Below are positions 1 to 13,144 of a DNA stretch of 64,000 bases, one piece after another. The position numbers and the translations under genes are program-made. Below the pieces are notes generated by a model that was given only the letters and a program-made list of their open reading frames with translations, did not search any database and was not told the DNA's origin. Source of the DNA: Chiloscyllium plagiosum (Eukaryota). Position 1 is the stretch's first letter. Each line of letters starts with the position of its first letter. The stretch spans positions 73,082,713 through 73,146,712 of the forward strand of contig NC_057718.1 of NCBI RefSeq assembly GCF_004010195.1, in the 5' to 3' direction.

Positions 1-61
1 TTACAAGTTTGTTTCTCAATTTCCCTCTGACTATTGGGGGTCTATAATACAATCCCAATAA
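1..61 (-). mobile_element. CR1 LINE endonuclease-region fragment (window edge)
   Basis: Near-identical to the CR1 segments at ~38375-38435 and ~49146-49207. Confidence 0.75.
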
Positions 62-857
62 TGAAAGGTGGCAAATGGAATTCAATGTAGCTAAGTGTGA
101 TGTGATTCACTTTGGGAAGAATAACAAAAAGATGGGGTACTGGGCTAATGGTCGGATACTTGGTAGTGTGGATGAGCAGAGGGATTTTGGTGTCCATGTA
201 CACAGATCTCTGAAAGTTGCCACCCAGGTAAATAGTGTGGTGAGGAAGGCATATGGCGTACTGGCTTTTATTGGTAGAGGAATTGAGTTCCGGAGTCCTG
301 AGGTCATGATGCAGTTGTATAAGACTCTGGTGCGGCCGCATCTGGAATATTGTGTGCAGTTTTGGTCGCCATACTATAGGAAGGATGTGGAGGCACTGGA
401 ACGGGTGCAGAGGAGGTTTACCAGGATGTTGCCTGGTATGGAAGGAAGATCGTATGAGGATAGACTGAGACACTTGGGGCTGTTTTCATTAGAGAAAAGA
501 AGGTTTAGGGGTGACTTGATTGAGGTGTACAAGATGATTAGGGGGTTAGATAGGGTTGACAGTGTGAACCTTTTCCCGCGTATGGAGTCGGGTATTACAA
601 GGGGGCATAGCTTTAAATTAAGGGGGGGTAGGTATAGGACTGAAGTTAGGGGTAGGTTCTTCACTCAGCGAGTCGTAAGTTCATGGAATGCCCTGCCAGT
701 AGCAGTGGTGGACTCTCCCTCTTTATGGGCATTTAAGCGGGCATTGGATAGGTATATGGAGGATAGTGGGTTAGTATAGGTTAGGTGGGCTTGGATCGGC
801 GCAACATCGAGGGCCAAAGGGCCTGTACTGCGCTGTATTCTTCTTCTATGTTCTATA
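62..857 (+). mobile_element. 5'-truncated CR1 LINE, open ORF2 C-terminus plus 3' tail
   Basis: ORF 75-779 has the CR1 motifs MEFNxx[17 protein letters not shown] and RGDLIEVYK, then a 3' stem-loop and a TTCTATGTTCTA tail. Confidence 0.95.
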
Positions 858-2480
858 ACATTCAAACTGAATGGGTGTAATAAAAAGCTTCATCTAAACA
901 GCCTGGAATTTTTGTTCTTAAAATTTCTCCACAAACTTCAATGGGTTATGATCAGTGTATACGATTGGTAACATTAAAAGGTTGATATGTTGTAACACCA
1001 ACAAGTTCGAAGCCTGCTCTCGACTGTCAAATATTTCTGATGAATGTTCAATTTCCTGGAGAAATGCCAGATAGATCTTTCCATTTTCTCATCACCGTCC
1101 TCCTGTAACACTACCTCGTGGGCGGCACAGTGGCTAGCACTGCTGCCTCACAGCGCCTGAGACCCAGGTTAAATTCCCGCCTCAGGCGACTGACTGCATG
1201 GAGTTTGCACGTTCTCCCAGTGTCTGCGTGGGTTTCCTCCGGGTGCTCCGGTTTCCTCCCACAGTCCAAAGATGTGCAGGGTCAGGTGAATTGGCCATGC
1301 TAAATTGCCCGTAGTGTTAGGTAAGGGGTAAATGTAGGGGTATGGGTGGGTTTCGCTTCGGCGGGTCGGTGTGGACATGTTGGGCCGAAGGGCCTGTTTC
1401 CACACTGTAATGTAATGTAATGTAATGTAATGTAATGTAATGTAAGACCACAGCACCAACACCCACATCACATCACATCGGTAGTCACCTTGAATGGCTT
1501 TGCGTATAATTAGGTGTGGCTAACACTGGGGTTGCAACTAACACAGCTTTCACACCGTTAAATGTCTTCTGACAGTCCGCTGTCCACTGAAACGTTCTGC
1601 CTTTCTTCAGTAATTGAGTCGAGCAATCATACTGTTAAAATTTGGTACGAATTTCCAATAAAACCGACCTCAATCCCAGGAATCTCAGTACTGCTCTTTT
1701 GTCAAACAGTATGGGAAACTCCAATAACCTTTGTTAATGCATTCTGTGGGGCCCTTTGTCCATGTCTAAGAACATGGCCCAGGAAGGTGACCTGGGCTTT
1801 GGCAAATTCACTTTTAGCCAGGTTTAATTATCAGGGCACCTCCCTAAGTCAAACAAACAATTTCGATAAAATGTTGCAAAGTGCCCCTGCCCACCCGAGA
1901 GTAAAAATCATTAGGTCATCAATATAAACCACACAATTGAGTAATCTGGAAATAACCTTATTGGTTAGTCTCAAACTTGGCTGGCTCATTTTACATACCA
2001 AATGACATGATTTTAAATGTGATACAGTCCATTTAGTGTTATGAAAGTATAAATGGACTTTGGTTGATTGGACAAAACAAAAAAAGATACCTGCCAGCAT
2101 CCTGAGCAAGTCCACACTGAAATAAGTTGCTCATCCTACCTTTTTCAACAGTCTTCCGAACGTGGAATTGGATAGGAATCAGACTTTGTAAATGCATTGA
2201 TTTTGCGATAGTCCGCACATAATTAATTGTTGGGTACCATCTGGGTTTTGGCACCATTACTATTGGTGAGCTCCCTTCACTGCAAATCATTGATTATGAA
2301 GCAAGTGTTCAATCTCCTCTTGAACCTGTCCCAACTTTACAGAGAGTTAAGCCCAGTAACTGGAACATTTCCTATATCTATATCATGCATAATTAGGTTT
2401 GCACTTCCCAGCTGATTTTCACATATCTCCCCATGCAATAGCAATAACTCTTTTAGGTCATTCTAATTTTCCTCTGAAAG
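858..2480 (-). mobile_element. Decayed Gypsy/Ty3 RT-RNase H region, split by a SINE at 1118-1445
   Basis: Minus-strand peptides SSPIVMVPKP, VVYIDDLMIF, KSEFAKAQVTFLGH, KPFKVTTD and HFSRKLN, with frameshifts and stops. Confidence 0.8.
1118..1445 (+). mobile_element. HE1-type tRNA-derived V-SINE with (TGTAA)n tail
   Basis: tRNA-like head, central V-domain GGAGTTTGCACGTTCTCCC...GGTTTCCTCCCACAGTCCAAAGA, CR1-like 3' end and a microsatellite tail at ~1406-1445. Confidence 0.92.
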
Positions 2481-2648
2481 GTAAAACACTTCTTGCACCT
2501 AGAGAAAAAAGTGTGACTGAAAGGAGCCATTACTAAACCAGTACTGTTTAAACTAACCAAATTCAACACCCAAAACAGAAGACACTAACACCTACCACTC
2601 ACTGCCTCAGAGTCCAACAACTGATCTCAAACAGGAATTATTAAATAA

Positions 2649-2666
2649 ATCCCAGACAAGCCCCCA
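2649..2666 (-). other. Primer-binding site complementary to tRNA-Pro 3' end
   Basis: Minus strand reads TGGGGGCTTGTCTGGGAT versus canonical TGGGGGCTCGTCCGGGAT (two C>T changes at CpGs), 3 nt inside the LTR end ...ATAACA. Confidence 0.8.
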
Positions 2667-2669
2667 GTC

Positions 2670-4247
2670 TGTTATGGACTGGGCCAGCACCCCCTCAAAA
2701 ACGTTTTAAGGTAACCTGGACTCCTAACATCCGCCTAAAACAATTAAAAAAAGGTTAAAAGGTAGACGCTCCAAGAATAATGCAACTGGTCAATCCACTC
2801 AGTTTTAAACAAAACAGAATTTACAGACTACTAAATGAAACATGAACCAAAGAATATAGAATAAGTTAGCCTATCTGAAAACCTGACTGACTATCACAAC
2901 ATAATGATGTTAGTCCAATTTTCTGCAACATGTCCACAAACACACGCCCAGCAAACAAAAAGTAAATTCAAATGCAGGAGTCAGCCAGAAACATCTGTTG
3001 AGTCATATTGTCACATATACAGCACAGACACAGACCCTTCATCCACTCATCCATGTTGACCAGATATCCCCAAACCAATCTAGCCCCATCTGCCAGCACC
3101 CAGCCCATAACCCTCCAAACCCTTCCTATTCATATACCTATCCAGATGCCTTTTAAATGTTGCAATCGTCTCAGCCATCACTTCCTCTGGCAGCTCATTC
3201 CATAAACACACAACCCTCTGCATGAAACATTTGCTCCTGGGTCTCTTTTATATCTTTCCCCTCTCATCCTAAACCTATGCCGTCTAGTGCTGGACTCCCC
3301 AGCCCAGAAGAAAAGAACCTTGTCTGCTTATCCTATCCATGCCCCTCAATTTTATAAACCTCTTAAAAAAAACTCACCTCAGCCTCCACCACTTTAGAGA
3401 AAGCAGCCCAAGCCTATTTAACCTATCCTACTAGTTCAAATTCTTCAATTTTGGTAACATCCCTGTAAATCTTTTCTTAACCCTTTCAAGTTTCACAACA
3501 TCTTTCCGATAGGAAAGAAACCAGAATTGCATGCGAAAGTGACCTAACCAATGTCCTTTACAGCCGCAACATCAACTCCCAACTCCTGTACTCAATACTT
3601 TGACCAATAATAGGAAAGCATACCAAACATCTACCACTTTCAAGGAGCTATGAACCTACACTCCAAGGTCTCTGTTTATCAACACTCCCTAGGACCTTAC
3701 CATTAAGTGTATAAGTCCTGCTAAAATTTGCTTTCCCAAAATGCAGCGCTTTACATTTATCTAAATTAAACTCCATCTGCCACACCCCTCAGCTCACTGG
3801 CCCATCTGATCAAGATCCCATTGTAATCAGAGGTAACCTTCTTCACTGCACACTACACTTCCAATTTTGGTGTCATGTGCAAACTTACTAACTGTACCTC
3901 TTATTCTCACATCCAAATCATTTACATAAAAAAGGATAAAAAGTAGTGGACCCAGAACCAATCCAGTCAGGGAACCTTTCTTTCCCAGCAGCTTCGAATA
4001 GACTGCTTGCTAAAACCTAAAACCAAACCAGAAAAAAACCTAATAATCCTGAAATGGGAGAACTGGCTACTCCCCTTTCATTGCACAAATATTTTAAAGA
4101 AAACCCAAAAGCTCCTTTTTCCTTGTTTGATGCCTTAGGCATCAGCTAGCCATGATCAAAGTGGCCTAATCCCAGGCAAAAATCAGAAGCTCTGCCTTTT
4201 ACAACCTTTAGAGAGAAAGAGCATAGACACACAACAATGTGGTAACA
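2670..4247 (-). mobile_element. 5' LTR of the Gypsy element, interrupted by a CR1
   Basis: Termini TGTTAT...GTAACA, PBS immediately adjacent; about 600 bp once the CR1 is removed. Confidence 0.65.
3000..3963 (-). mobile_element. 5'-truncated CR1 LINE
   Basis: Homologous to the 3' parts of the CR1 copies at 36128 and 46810. Confidence 0.9.
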
Positions 4248-4249
4248 AG

Positions 4250-4477
4250 CAAATCTGTCTTTATGATGTTAAAGGAAAAACACCTGTCAGAACCCCACTA
4301 TATAGTGTGATCTTTATACATCCAAGAAGAGAGGTGGACTGATTCAAAAGATAGAAACTCAGATAGTGCAACACTCATGGTGTGCAAGCTTTGATGCCTT
4401 TGCTGAAATCCTAGCATGCAGTTTGAACTCAAACTTGTGGCTCAGAGGAGAGATGCTACCTACTGTGTCACAGCTTT
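4250..4477 (-). mobile_element. Old tRNA-derived SINE (SacSINE/Deu-SINE-like)
   Basis: Minus-strand tRNA-like head (TGTGACACAGTAGGTAGCA...GAGTTCAAACT) and a degenerate body. Confidence 0.45.
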
Positions 4478-4756
4478 AAGAGAGCGCAAGCAAGAGTGGA
4501 TTAGAGACGAAATTGTGTTTGAATTCTCTTTTCTGCAGTAAGAAAAAAAACCTTGTTAAAAGAGAAGCATCATCACAGATTAGATATCTTCCAGCTAGTG
4601 TTCAGTCATCATTAAATGCAGCCCATTGCACATTCAGTCCCCTAAAAAAAAAGTTATTGATATACATTGCAAAACGTTCAGGCCCCTACTAGATTTGTGG
4701 TGGGGTTTTGGTAACATCTTGATAATCCAACTGATTAATTTATTCTGTGTCCAGGA

Positions 4757-5862
4757 TTTGAGAAGATTTGTAGCTCACATTGCAAATTTGCTCGCTGAGG
4801 TGCTGGATTTATTCTCAGATGCTAGTCAATAGTCTCTCCGGTGATGCTTTGGTGCTCCATCCCGCTTGCTCTTTATCTTTCAGTTTGTTTGGTAGGAGAG
4901 ATCATTTTTGGTCCTGTTTTGAAAAGTTGTTAAGTGGGGTCCAAATCAGTTTGTTAATATCCTTACCAGTATAAAAATTCAAAAAAAAAGGAAGAGAACA
5001 GTATGACATCCCTTCCTAGTTGCCACAGTAGAATGGAAAGCCAATGGACAGCTGCAGACTAGTGTTTGTTTACAGGACACAAACACACACGGGAACAGCC
5101 ATCCCAACACCGACAAACAGACATTTAAAACGAGCCACAACACACTGCAGCACCGAGGAACTAAGAAGCTGAGGAAAAACACCTATACAGCGTGTTCATA
5201 AACAGTTACCCGATTAAGTACAGTCTGCTGATTCCTGCACAGACCTAAAAACAGAAAGACAACATGCCCAGAGACTCTAGTCACCTTATCAGACAATGAC
5301 ATCTCAGATCATGATTAGACTACTCTAGCCCCTCTGCATCATGGTAGTCCAGAAACTTATCACCACACTGCAACAGTTCCTGATTAAATTTAAAGAACCC
5401 TGTACCAACAACCAGCAGAAGTGATCGTATACAAAATATCCTGCAAGGACTGCAACAAATATTACATTGGATTAACAGGGAAGCTAGCCATTAGAATGCA
5501 TGAGCACTAACTAGCCACCAAAAGACATGACCAACTTTCACTGGTATCCATACACTTCGACAAAGAAGAGGGTCACCAGTGCGTCCGAGACAAAACATCT
5601 ATTCTGGGACAGGCTAAACAAAGATACGCACAGGAATTCCTAGAGGCCCTAGCATTCAAACCCGAAGCATTAACAAACATATCTATTTGGACCCCATTTA
5701 CTAAACTTGCAGAAACAGAACCAGAAAAAGGTATCACCTACCACAACAAACTAAGACAAACAGCAAGCAGGACAGAACACCAATAAAATCAAGAGCAAGA
5801 CTCTGGATGTTGCTTAGCATGGCTAACAAATCCACCAGCTCAGCAAGCAAACTTACAACCTG
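4757..5862 (+). mobile_element. Old Penelope-like element (RT C-terminus and GIY-YIG) with inverted 5' pLTR
   Basis: Plus-strand YKISCKDCNKYYIGLTG...RMHEH GIY-YIG motif; ~4757-4958 is a diverged inverted copy of ~5670-5862. Confidence 0.8.
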
Positions 5863-6044
5863 ATATTGTCTCCTTTGGCCAGAAAAGATGATTTGTTAGC
5901 TGACAATGTTATCCCATATATCAGGGAGCTCTGATTGTGTATTGTAACTATTGGTAGGATCTCTCAGTCTTTTTGAAATCCAATTACACCTCTTTTTGCT
6001 TGAAAAAACTCAAATGCATAAGTTAGTCAAACACATGCAAGGTG

Positions 6045-6268
6045 AGTATTTGTTTGCACAAAAAAAAGTGGTAGGTAACTGGAAAGCACTGCCAAGATGG
6101 TGGATGCAGATACAATAGCAAACGTTTAAGAGCCATTTGACAGACACATGAACAGGTAGAGAAGAGGGATATAGACCAAGTGCAGGCAAATGGGATTAGC
6201 TTAGAATGGCATCATGGTTGGTACAGACTTGGTGGGCTGAAGGGTCTGTTCCTGTTGTGTTCTATGAC
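6045..6268 (+). mobile_element. CR1 3'-end fragment
   Basis: FKSHLDRHMN-type coding remnant and GGGCTGAAGGGTCTGTT...TCTATGAC tail. Confidence 0.75.
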
Positions 6269-6604
6269 TTTTCTTCTGCAACACCATACCGGTGAGAGAG
6301 GAACCTCTATTATCCGAAAATCGGATTATCTGGCAAGATTGAAAGGTCCCGATGCTCAGCTAAATTATGTTATCCAGCATTTGATTAACCAAACAAAATA
6401 ATCCCTGCCCATGTTCTTTTTCTAAAATCATACAGAGGAACCTCAATGACCTTAATAATCGATTTGACATTTCCCTCATAACACTGATTAGGTTACTGGA
6501 TCTATGTCCTGCGTTTTGTTTCTTTTTCCTTAACCAAGGTGCTACATTTTTGGTTTTCTGATCCTCTGATACTTTTACAATATTTTGAAAGATGACTGAA
6601 ATAA

Positions 6605-9600
6605 CCATAGGTAATTATCTCATCACCAAATCATCCTTTATTTGTGCACGGTACATTAGCTGCAGCCGGCCAGAGTCAGTTCCACAAATTGTGGGGATTC
6701 TGAATCCTTGTTTATATTTCTTAGCTGGAGCTTCCTAATTGGGGTTGCTAATCTGGACCAAATCAAGAATCTCGCTGTCAATGAGATCCATCTGGTTCCA
6801 ATCACTAAATCACTCCTCTCCTCCTTCCTCCCACAACATCCAGGGGTGTAGGCCTTTTCTTTCTTGTAGCTTTGCCGGTCATGTGTACCCATGTCCAGCT
6901 CCTGATTCTAACCCAGGCTATGGTTCTGTACATGTTGCCAGTGAATCTCTTGCATCCAGAGCATCCTGGCAGAGATTCCGCCTCTTCTGCCGGTAGTGGT
7001 ACTGAGGTTGCATACATCTGAACTGGAGGTTTCCTTCATACTAGACAGGTTGGAGCGGAGGGCCTATAGTTTGAAAGGCCTTCTGACTTTTCCAAGGGGC
7101 AATTACATAGTTCCAGCACCAAACTACATCCTGAATTGAATCGCCTCTTGCTGAGAGGAGGCATTGGTGTTCCTGCTGCCATTTCACCCTCCCATTCAGG
7201 TCTGGGAATTTCAGGTTTAATCTGACACAAAGTCTTCTCCAAGAGCTCTCTACTACATGAAGGGTGGTCCTATAATTGAAAAGGAACCAGGATAGTTTGG
7301 TATTGAGTGCTGCTGTAGTCTGTTTCTTTAAGCCTGCCTTAAAATGTTTGGACCACTCTTTTGGCCAGACCATAGGACCTGTCTTCATGTGCCATTTGAC
7401 TTTAGGAAATACTCAAAATCCCTGGTGGTAAATGACACTCCACTGCCCGTGACCAATATTTCCATGTAACCGCAAAGATGCTCACAGCTTTTCAATTGTC
7501 ATCCTGGAGGAGTTTGCCAAATGAACTTTGTGGATGCACAAAGCAGTTGACCACACATAATGACCAAGAACATTGAGCCCATGAAGGAACAGGCATAGCC
7601 AATGTGACTAAGTCCTGGGTTTACTAGGCCATTGCCACTCGTGTGGGGGTGCTGCTAGTGGAAATTTGCATCCTTATTGGCAATCTAGGCACTGCCCCCA
7701 CCAAGGCAGCTATGTCAGCATCCAACCCTGGCCACCTTGTTTTTCGCATCTTCATTTTAGGAAGTCCTGAATCAGCATCTGGTGATGATCTTTACTCAAG
7801 ACAATCATTCCAGCTCCCAGTAGTACCTTCATGCACTAAGAACATAACTACCGAATTCTACCAAAGCTACAGGCATTTGGGTTATCGTCCTTCAGTAGCC
7901 TTAGTAGGTGTTTGTGATCTGTTACCACGACAAACCTCGATCCATAAAAAGGCACTGGGAGGAACTTCCTCACACCAAAGATGATCACAAAATATTTTTC
8001 TATCTCGGCATATCTGCATTCAGCATCAGCCAAAGTCCAGGAAACATATGCCATTGGGCATTCTTCTCACTACCCAGGATACCATTTGGGGAGGCATTGC
8101 AGGTCAGCACTATCACTTGCTTTGGATTGTAGTAGGACAACACCTCAGATGACAATAGCTGTTTTTTCACTTCCCTCAAGGTTATTTCTTGTCTATGCAA
8201 TCACTTCCAAGACTAACCCTTTTTTCCAAAAGGTATAAGGGTGCCAAGATAACGAATGAATTTTCTTTACTAATTCACTAACCCAAGGAAACACCAAAGC
8301 TCTGGTATACAGACATAGGAGCCAAGGCTCCTTTGATCGCCCTCACTTTCTCTTCCAATGGGTGTAACCAGTTTTGTTGACTCTAACCCAAGTCAGTCAC
8401 TTGGGGCATCCGGAACACATTTTTCCCTTCTAAAGCACCTGCCCTACTGGGAGAAATACTTAAGCATTGCCCCAATTCTCCAAGTGCTCTTTATTGGACT
8501 CCTGGTTATTAGCACCTCATCCAGGTAAATAGCAACCTGGGGAAACCCTTGTAATATATTCTCCATGGCTCGCTGGGAAAGGCTGCAGGTTGATGATATA
8601 AAACCTTGAGTATTAATTGTAGAGTATTTCTGGGACTCCTCATCCAGTCATGATTGCAGGTAAGCATGGCTCATGCTGCTTTGCAAAGGATAGCCACCGC
8701 CCCCACCAACTTTGCATATAAGTCAACATATAAAGTGGTTTTGGCCCCTTTGATAGTCCCAAGTACATGTGAGAATGTTACATGTACTTCACTGAGGCAG
8801 CCATTTTCTAATTGAAAAAAATGTTGAACCAATCTAGGTACATCATTCACAATTGTCAGAATAGGGCTTGGGTCTTAACCTTTTACTATCAGTGCTAACA
8901 GCACCAATTGCTTCTCATAGGAGACCAGAGTTGAAGTGATACCCTTAATCTATGTTCTCAGGCTGGCTGAGGTCTTGCATAAACCTAGGGGCTGGAGTCC
9001 AGAGTGAACCTTGTTAAAGCCAGGTTCTATAACCACAAATATAGCTGCACCAGTATTGATCTCCAAGGGAACTGGGTGACCATTTAACCCCAACATTGAT
9101 TGGTTCGGATTTGGATGTTGCAAAGAAATTTAAATTGTTCCAACCCAAATCTTTCCATAATGTGCATTCTCTCGTGACCAGCCTACAAGTTCTTACTAAA
9201 GTCAGGCCTTATAGGACTCCTTTGCTGTCTCAAGTCTGCATACCAGCAGCAACTAAAAAAAAAAAGGCTTGCTGGCACAAATCTCGAAGAGCATTTTAAC
9301 CACTTGGCAGAGGCTCTGCTTTATTGTAGGGTCCTACAGCAGATCCCTCTATGCAGGATATGTGCTGCTTGAGGCTTGCCAAATGGCTACACTGGAGTGG
9401 TGTTCCCAAGCTTGGTTGGAGCTCCCATGCTCCACTTACCGCATTTTCTAGTGACGTCAGTTGTACTACATATTTGAAGTTTAGTTGGGCTTCAGCTAGT
9501 AGGCGCTTCTGCATGGTTACATCATTAATCCCACATACCAAGCAGTATCTAAGCATCTCATTCAGAGTTAACCCAGAATCAGAAGCCTCTACCAGTCGTC

Positions 9601-10960
9601 TTAACTTTGTCAAAAATCCTGACACCGATTTCTCCTAGTTCTATAACAGCCAAATAAAACTGATAGCATTTCAGAATTCGAGGTTTTGGCCATAATATTC
9701 CTTAAACAACTTCGTCAACTCTTGCAAGGTTTTAGTGTCGGTTGCCTCTGGAAGGATAAGCCCCTCATAACCGAAAATGCAGCAGGCCTGCAAACAACCA
9801 GAAGGATTACTCGTTGCTTTTCATCCACCCTGATGTCACTTCACAGCAAATCAGAGCACTTGGTTCTGGTAAGTGTGACTGAACAAAAAGAGACCTTGGA
9901 GTACAGGTTCGAGTTCCTTAAAGAGTAGAGACTCAGCTAGATAAGATAGTGAAGGTGGTGTTTGGTATTCTTGCCTTTATTGGTAAGAGCATAGAGTAGA
10001 AGAGTTGGGAGGTCATCTGCAGCTGTACAGGAATTGGTTAGGCCACTTTTGGAATATTGTGTGCAGTTTTGGTCTCCTTCCTGTTGGAATGATGCCGTGA
10101 AACTTGAAAGGGCTCAGAAAAGATTTAAAGATGCTGCTGGGAATGGAGAATTTGAGCTATAGGGAGAGGCTGAATAGGTTGGGGCTGTTTTCCCTAGAGG
10201 GTTGGAGGCTTAGTGGTGACCTTTACAGATGTCTACAAAATCATAAGGGGCATGGACAGGTTAAATAGGCAAGGTATTTTCCCTGGGGTGGAGAGTCCAG
10301 AACTAGAAGGCATAGGTTTAGGGTGAAAGGGGAAAGATGTAAAAGGGACAACTTTTTCAGAGGATGGTACATGTATGGAATGAGTTGCCAGAGGAAGTGG
10401 TAGAGACTAGTACAATTGCTACATTGAAAAGGCATCTGGATGGGTATATGAATGGGAAGGGTTTGGAGGAATATAGGTCAAGTGCTGGCAAATGGGACTA
10501 GATTAGGTTAGGATATCTGGTCAGCATGGACGAGTTGGACCAAAGACTCTATTTCTGTGCATCTCTAGTGACTCTATGATTTCCATGGAGAGAGAAAAAA
10601 TAAAATCACATGGTTTCCACATACCAGGCTCAGTCTTCAGTAGCAGGATTGAGTGACTCAAGCTTCCTATTCAGAGGCATAATGGCAGAAATGCTTACCC
10701 CAACTCCAAGGTGACTGCTGCCAGTGACAGTTCTTCAGGCATGTACTGTTTTCTTGTCACCAAAACTGCATAGAAGTCAGTATCACCCTTCACTTACTTG
10801 TGCAGAGTACACTGGCTGTATCCAGCCAGCCAGCTCAGTCAGTCCCCTGAACTGATGGAATTCTAAACCCCCATTTCTATTTGTCATCCAGGGCTTCCTG
10901 ATTAGAGTTGTTCACCTGGGCCAATAAAAAGGATCTCACAACCTAGTTCCAATCAATACA
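6605..10960 (-). mobile_element. Decayed full-length Gypsy LTR retrotransposon with both LTRs, CR1 inserted in gag
   Basis: Related ~200-bp LTRs at ~6605-6809 and 10767-10960. Polypurine tract at 6811-6833, PBS-like TGGTGACAAG at 10753-10762. Remnants of gag (EMLRYCLVCGINDVTMQKRLL), RNase H (YAEIEK...VTDHK) and integrase (FLFNYRTT). Confidence 0.88.
9860..10580 (+). mobile_element. 5'-truncated CR1 nested in Gypsy gag
   Basis: [13 protein letters not shown] ORF2 remnant and GACTCTATGA tail. Confidence 0.9.
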
Positions 10961-11025
10961 ACAATGCATTTTTCATATCTGTAGACACTTTTAAACTATA
11001 TAGTTTGGAGGAACTGGTGGTGGAC

Positions 11026-11097
11026 AAAGTTAAAAATCACAAGACCGGGTTGTTGTTCCCTGTTGAATCATAACCTGGTGTTGTGATTTTTAACTTT
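11026..11097. repeat. Short palindrome made of Penelope pLTR ends
   Basis: AAAGTTAAAAATCACAAGACCGGGTT / AACCTGGTGTTGTGATTTTTAACTTT; the arm matches ~61061-61088. Confidence 0.75.
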
Positions 11098-11104
11098 TAA
11101 ACTT

Positions 11105-11675
11105 CACAGATAGCGGACAGACTTTGGGGATTCAGTAAGCGAGCAACTCATCATACATTCAGCCTTGAATATCCTCCTCTAGGCAGTACTCACACAATTG
11201 CTCCACTTAAGTTTCAGTCAACAATAAACCCTTAAAATATTAACAGTGGGGGTACTCAAATGTAATGGGAAATGGTTAGATTTTTATTGTTGGAAAGGTT
11301 CATTGCCTGACACAAATGTTACGTGCCATGCCTGATTTGTATTCTAGTCTTCCTCTAGGAGAACACAGACTTCTAGAATTTGAAGAAGTGGAACTGAACA
11401 CTGGGAATGACTGACAGATTGAAAATCTGCTGCTATGACCTAATTAATGAGGGGAAACGCTTTCAACGTTACATACATGGCTACAGGCCAAGTACTGGAA
11501 AATGCAATTACAATAGATGGATGTTTGACGACCATTGTGGATGCGTGGAGAGCCTCCTTCCAATCTGTAAAAACTGACTCTGCAATGTCATTGATGAAGA
11601 TGATAGAGCTGTGGATCCCCCACAGCAAAGTTTCGGAGTTGAAGTGATTAGCCTCCGACAATCATCTATTTTCTA
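11105..11675 (-). mobile_element. Old CR1/L2-clade LINE RT fragment
   Basis: Degenerate RT-like sequence; similarity judged by eye only. Confidence 0.5.
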
Positions 11676-13144
11676 CACCAAAATGAAAAACAAAATGCTA
11701 AAATGACCCAATTAAACTAAAAGCTTCTGCTTAAAAATTCATTATCTCCAGAACGAAGACCAATAGAATCTAATTACATAAGCAGTTAAAAGCACTCCAA
11801 ATTAGGAAAATCTGTAAACGCAACTACATTTGTGGAAGACAAATTTAAATTTAAAAATAGATGAATTCAACCACATTAAAGAATGAGAGCAAAATTATTC
11901 CAAGTAATGGCATACATACAGGGTTTAAAAGGATTAGATCCTCAAATCTAATTTGAAGATCTGCCTAGAAAATGAATTTGAAAGAGAGCATCTCTCTGAT
12001 GACAGATTTAAATAGTAACTGTTTTGAGGACAAGGAATAGATTTCATAGGTTTCCTGGTGCGAACAAAATTCTATTGTAATTCATAATTAGTCATAAAGA
12101 GGACCATATTTCAAAAAGAGAAGTGCTGCTTTGAATTATTTGAGTTAAGACTAATCTTATCTTGCAAAGGATCTAGAGATGTGAAAAGGAACAACAACTA
12201 GAACAGGTCTGTCAAACAAAAAAGGTCACAAACTTAATTTTTTTTTTGGTGTTCTTTTCTCATTGGGTGAAGTTCGACAAGTTGATACCACATTTGTATT
12301 TTATACTGTATCATGGTGCATAGTTGCCACGTATTAAATCTGGTCGTGGTCAGCCATGGTATAACGTGGTACTTAAAGTACACTATCAGGATATCAGAGT
12401 ATAGACCGGTACGGTTTTTTTTCTGGGGAGGTTTTCCTTTTTTTTTAAAAGATCTGGGAAATTGTTTAAACTGTAGATTCACTTTGTACTTGTTATACAA
12501 GAGGGGGAAAACACTCACTGACAATATGCAAGGGGAAGTGTCCAAATGAACTTATTTATACTTTGATTTGCATTGATTAAGTTACATCTTATGTTTGATA
12601 CGTTGATCCAATGCTTTAGGATTAATGAGAAGTTATGGTTAGTGATTCTAGATTTTGTTAAGTGTGCTTAAATCTTAAGTGTGAAATCAAGTGTTTATCA
12701 GATCGTGCCATTCCAAAGTGGATCAGAACTGTCATTCCCTTTGAATCTGTACTCAGGATTCTCTCACTCCCAGGCATCCAACAATTATGTTGCTGATCTA
12801 GAGAAAGTGCCTACATGGGCTCTAAAAACATGTAGAGTGAGCTCTTTTATTGCATAATAGGTGCTATCTGGGGATGCTATTGACATACAAGAGCCTTACA
12901 GCTACCAACTAACAGTATAACAGCCAGTGAATCGATGCATCGGTCTGCAATAACTTATGGAATTTAAAGTGGGAAATATTTTGCTGTATTAAAAAAAAAA
13001 CAATGATTGTAAGGGAAATATGACTGACCAAGGGTTTTCCAATGTGTTAATGTTAGAACTGTGTTTTCATGCATTCCTGACAAATGCCATAAAAATTGAT
13101 GGGAAGAAACAAATAAAAATCAGTGAAAAAAAAACTAAAAAAAA

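Noticed and set aside
75..779. 234-aa ORF as a host gene
   Set aside because: It is the C-terminus of CR1 ORF2 in a 5'-truncated copy.
1118..1190. tRNA gene
   Set aside because: It is the tRNA-derived head of a SINE that continues into the V-domain and LINE-like tail.
12250..12790. Possible solo LTR
   Set aside because: No convincing termini, TSD, PBS or second copy in the window.
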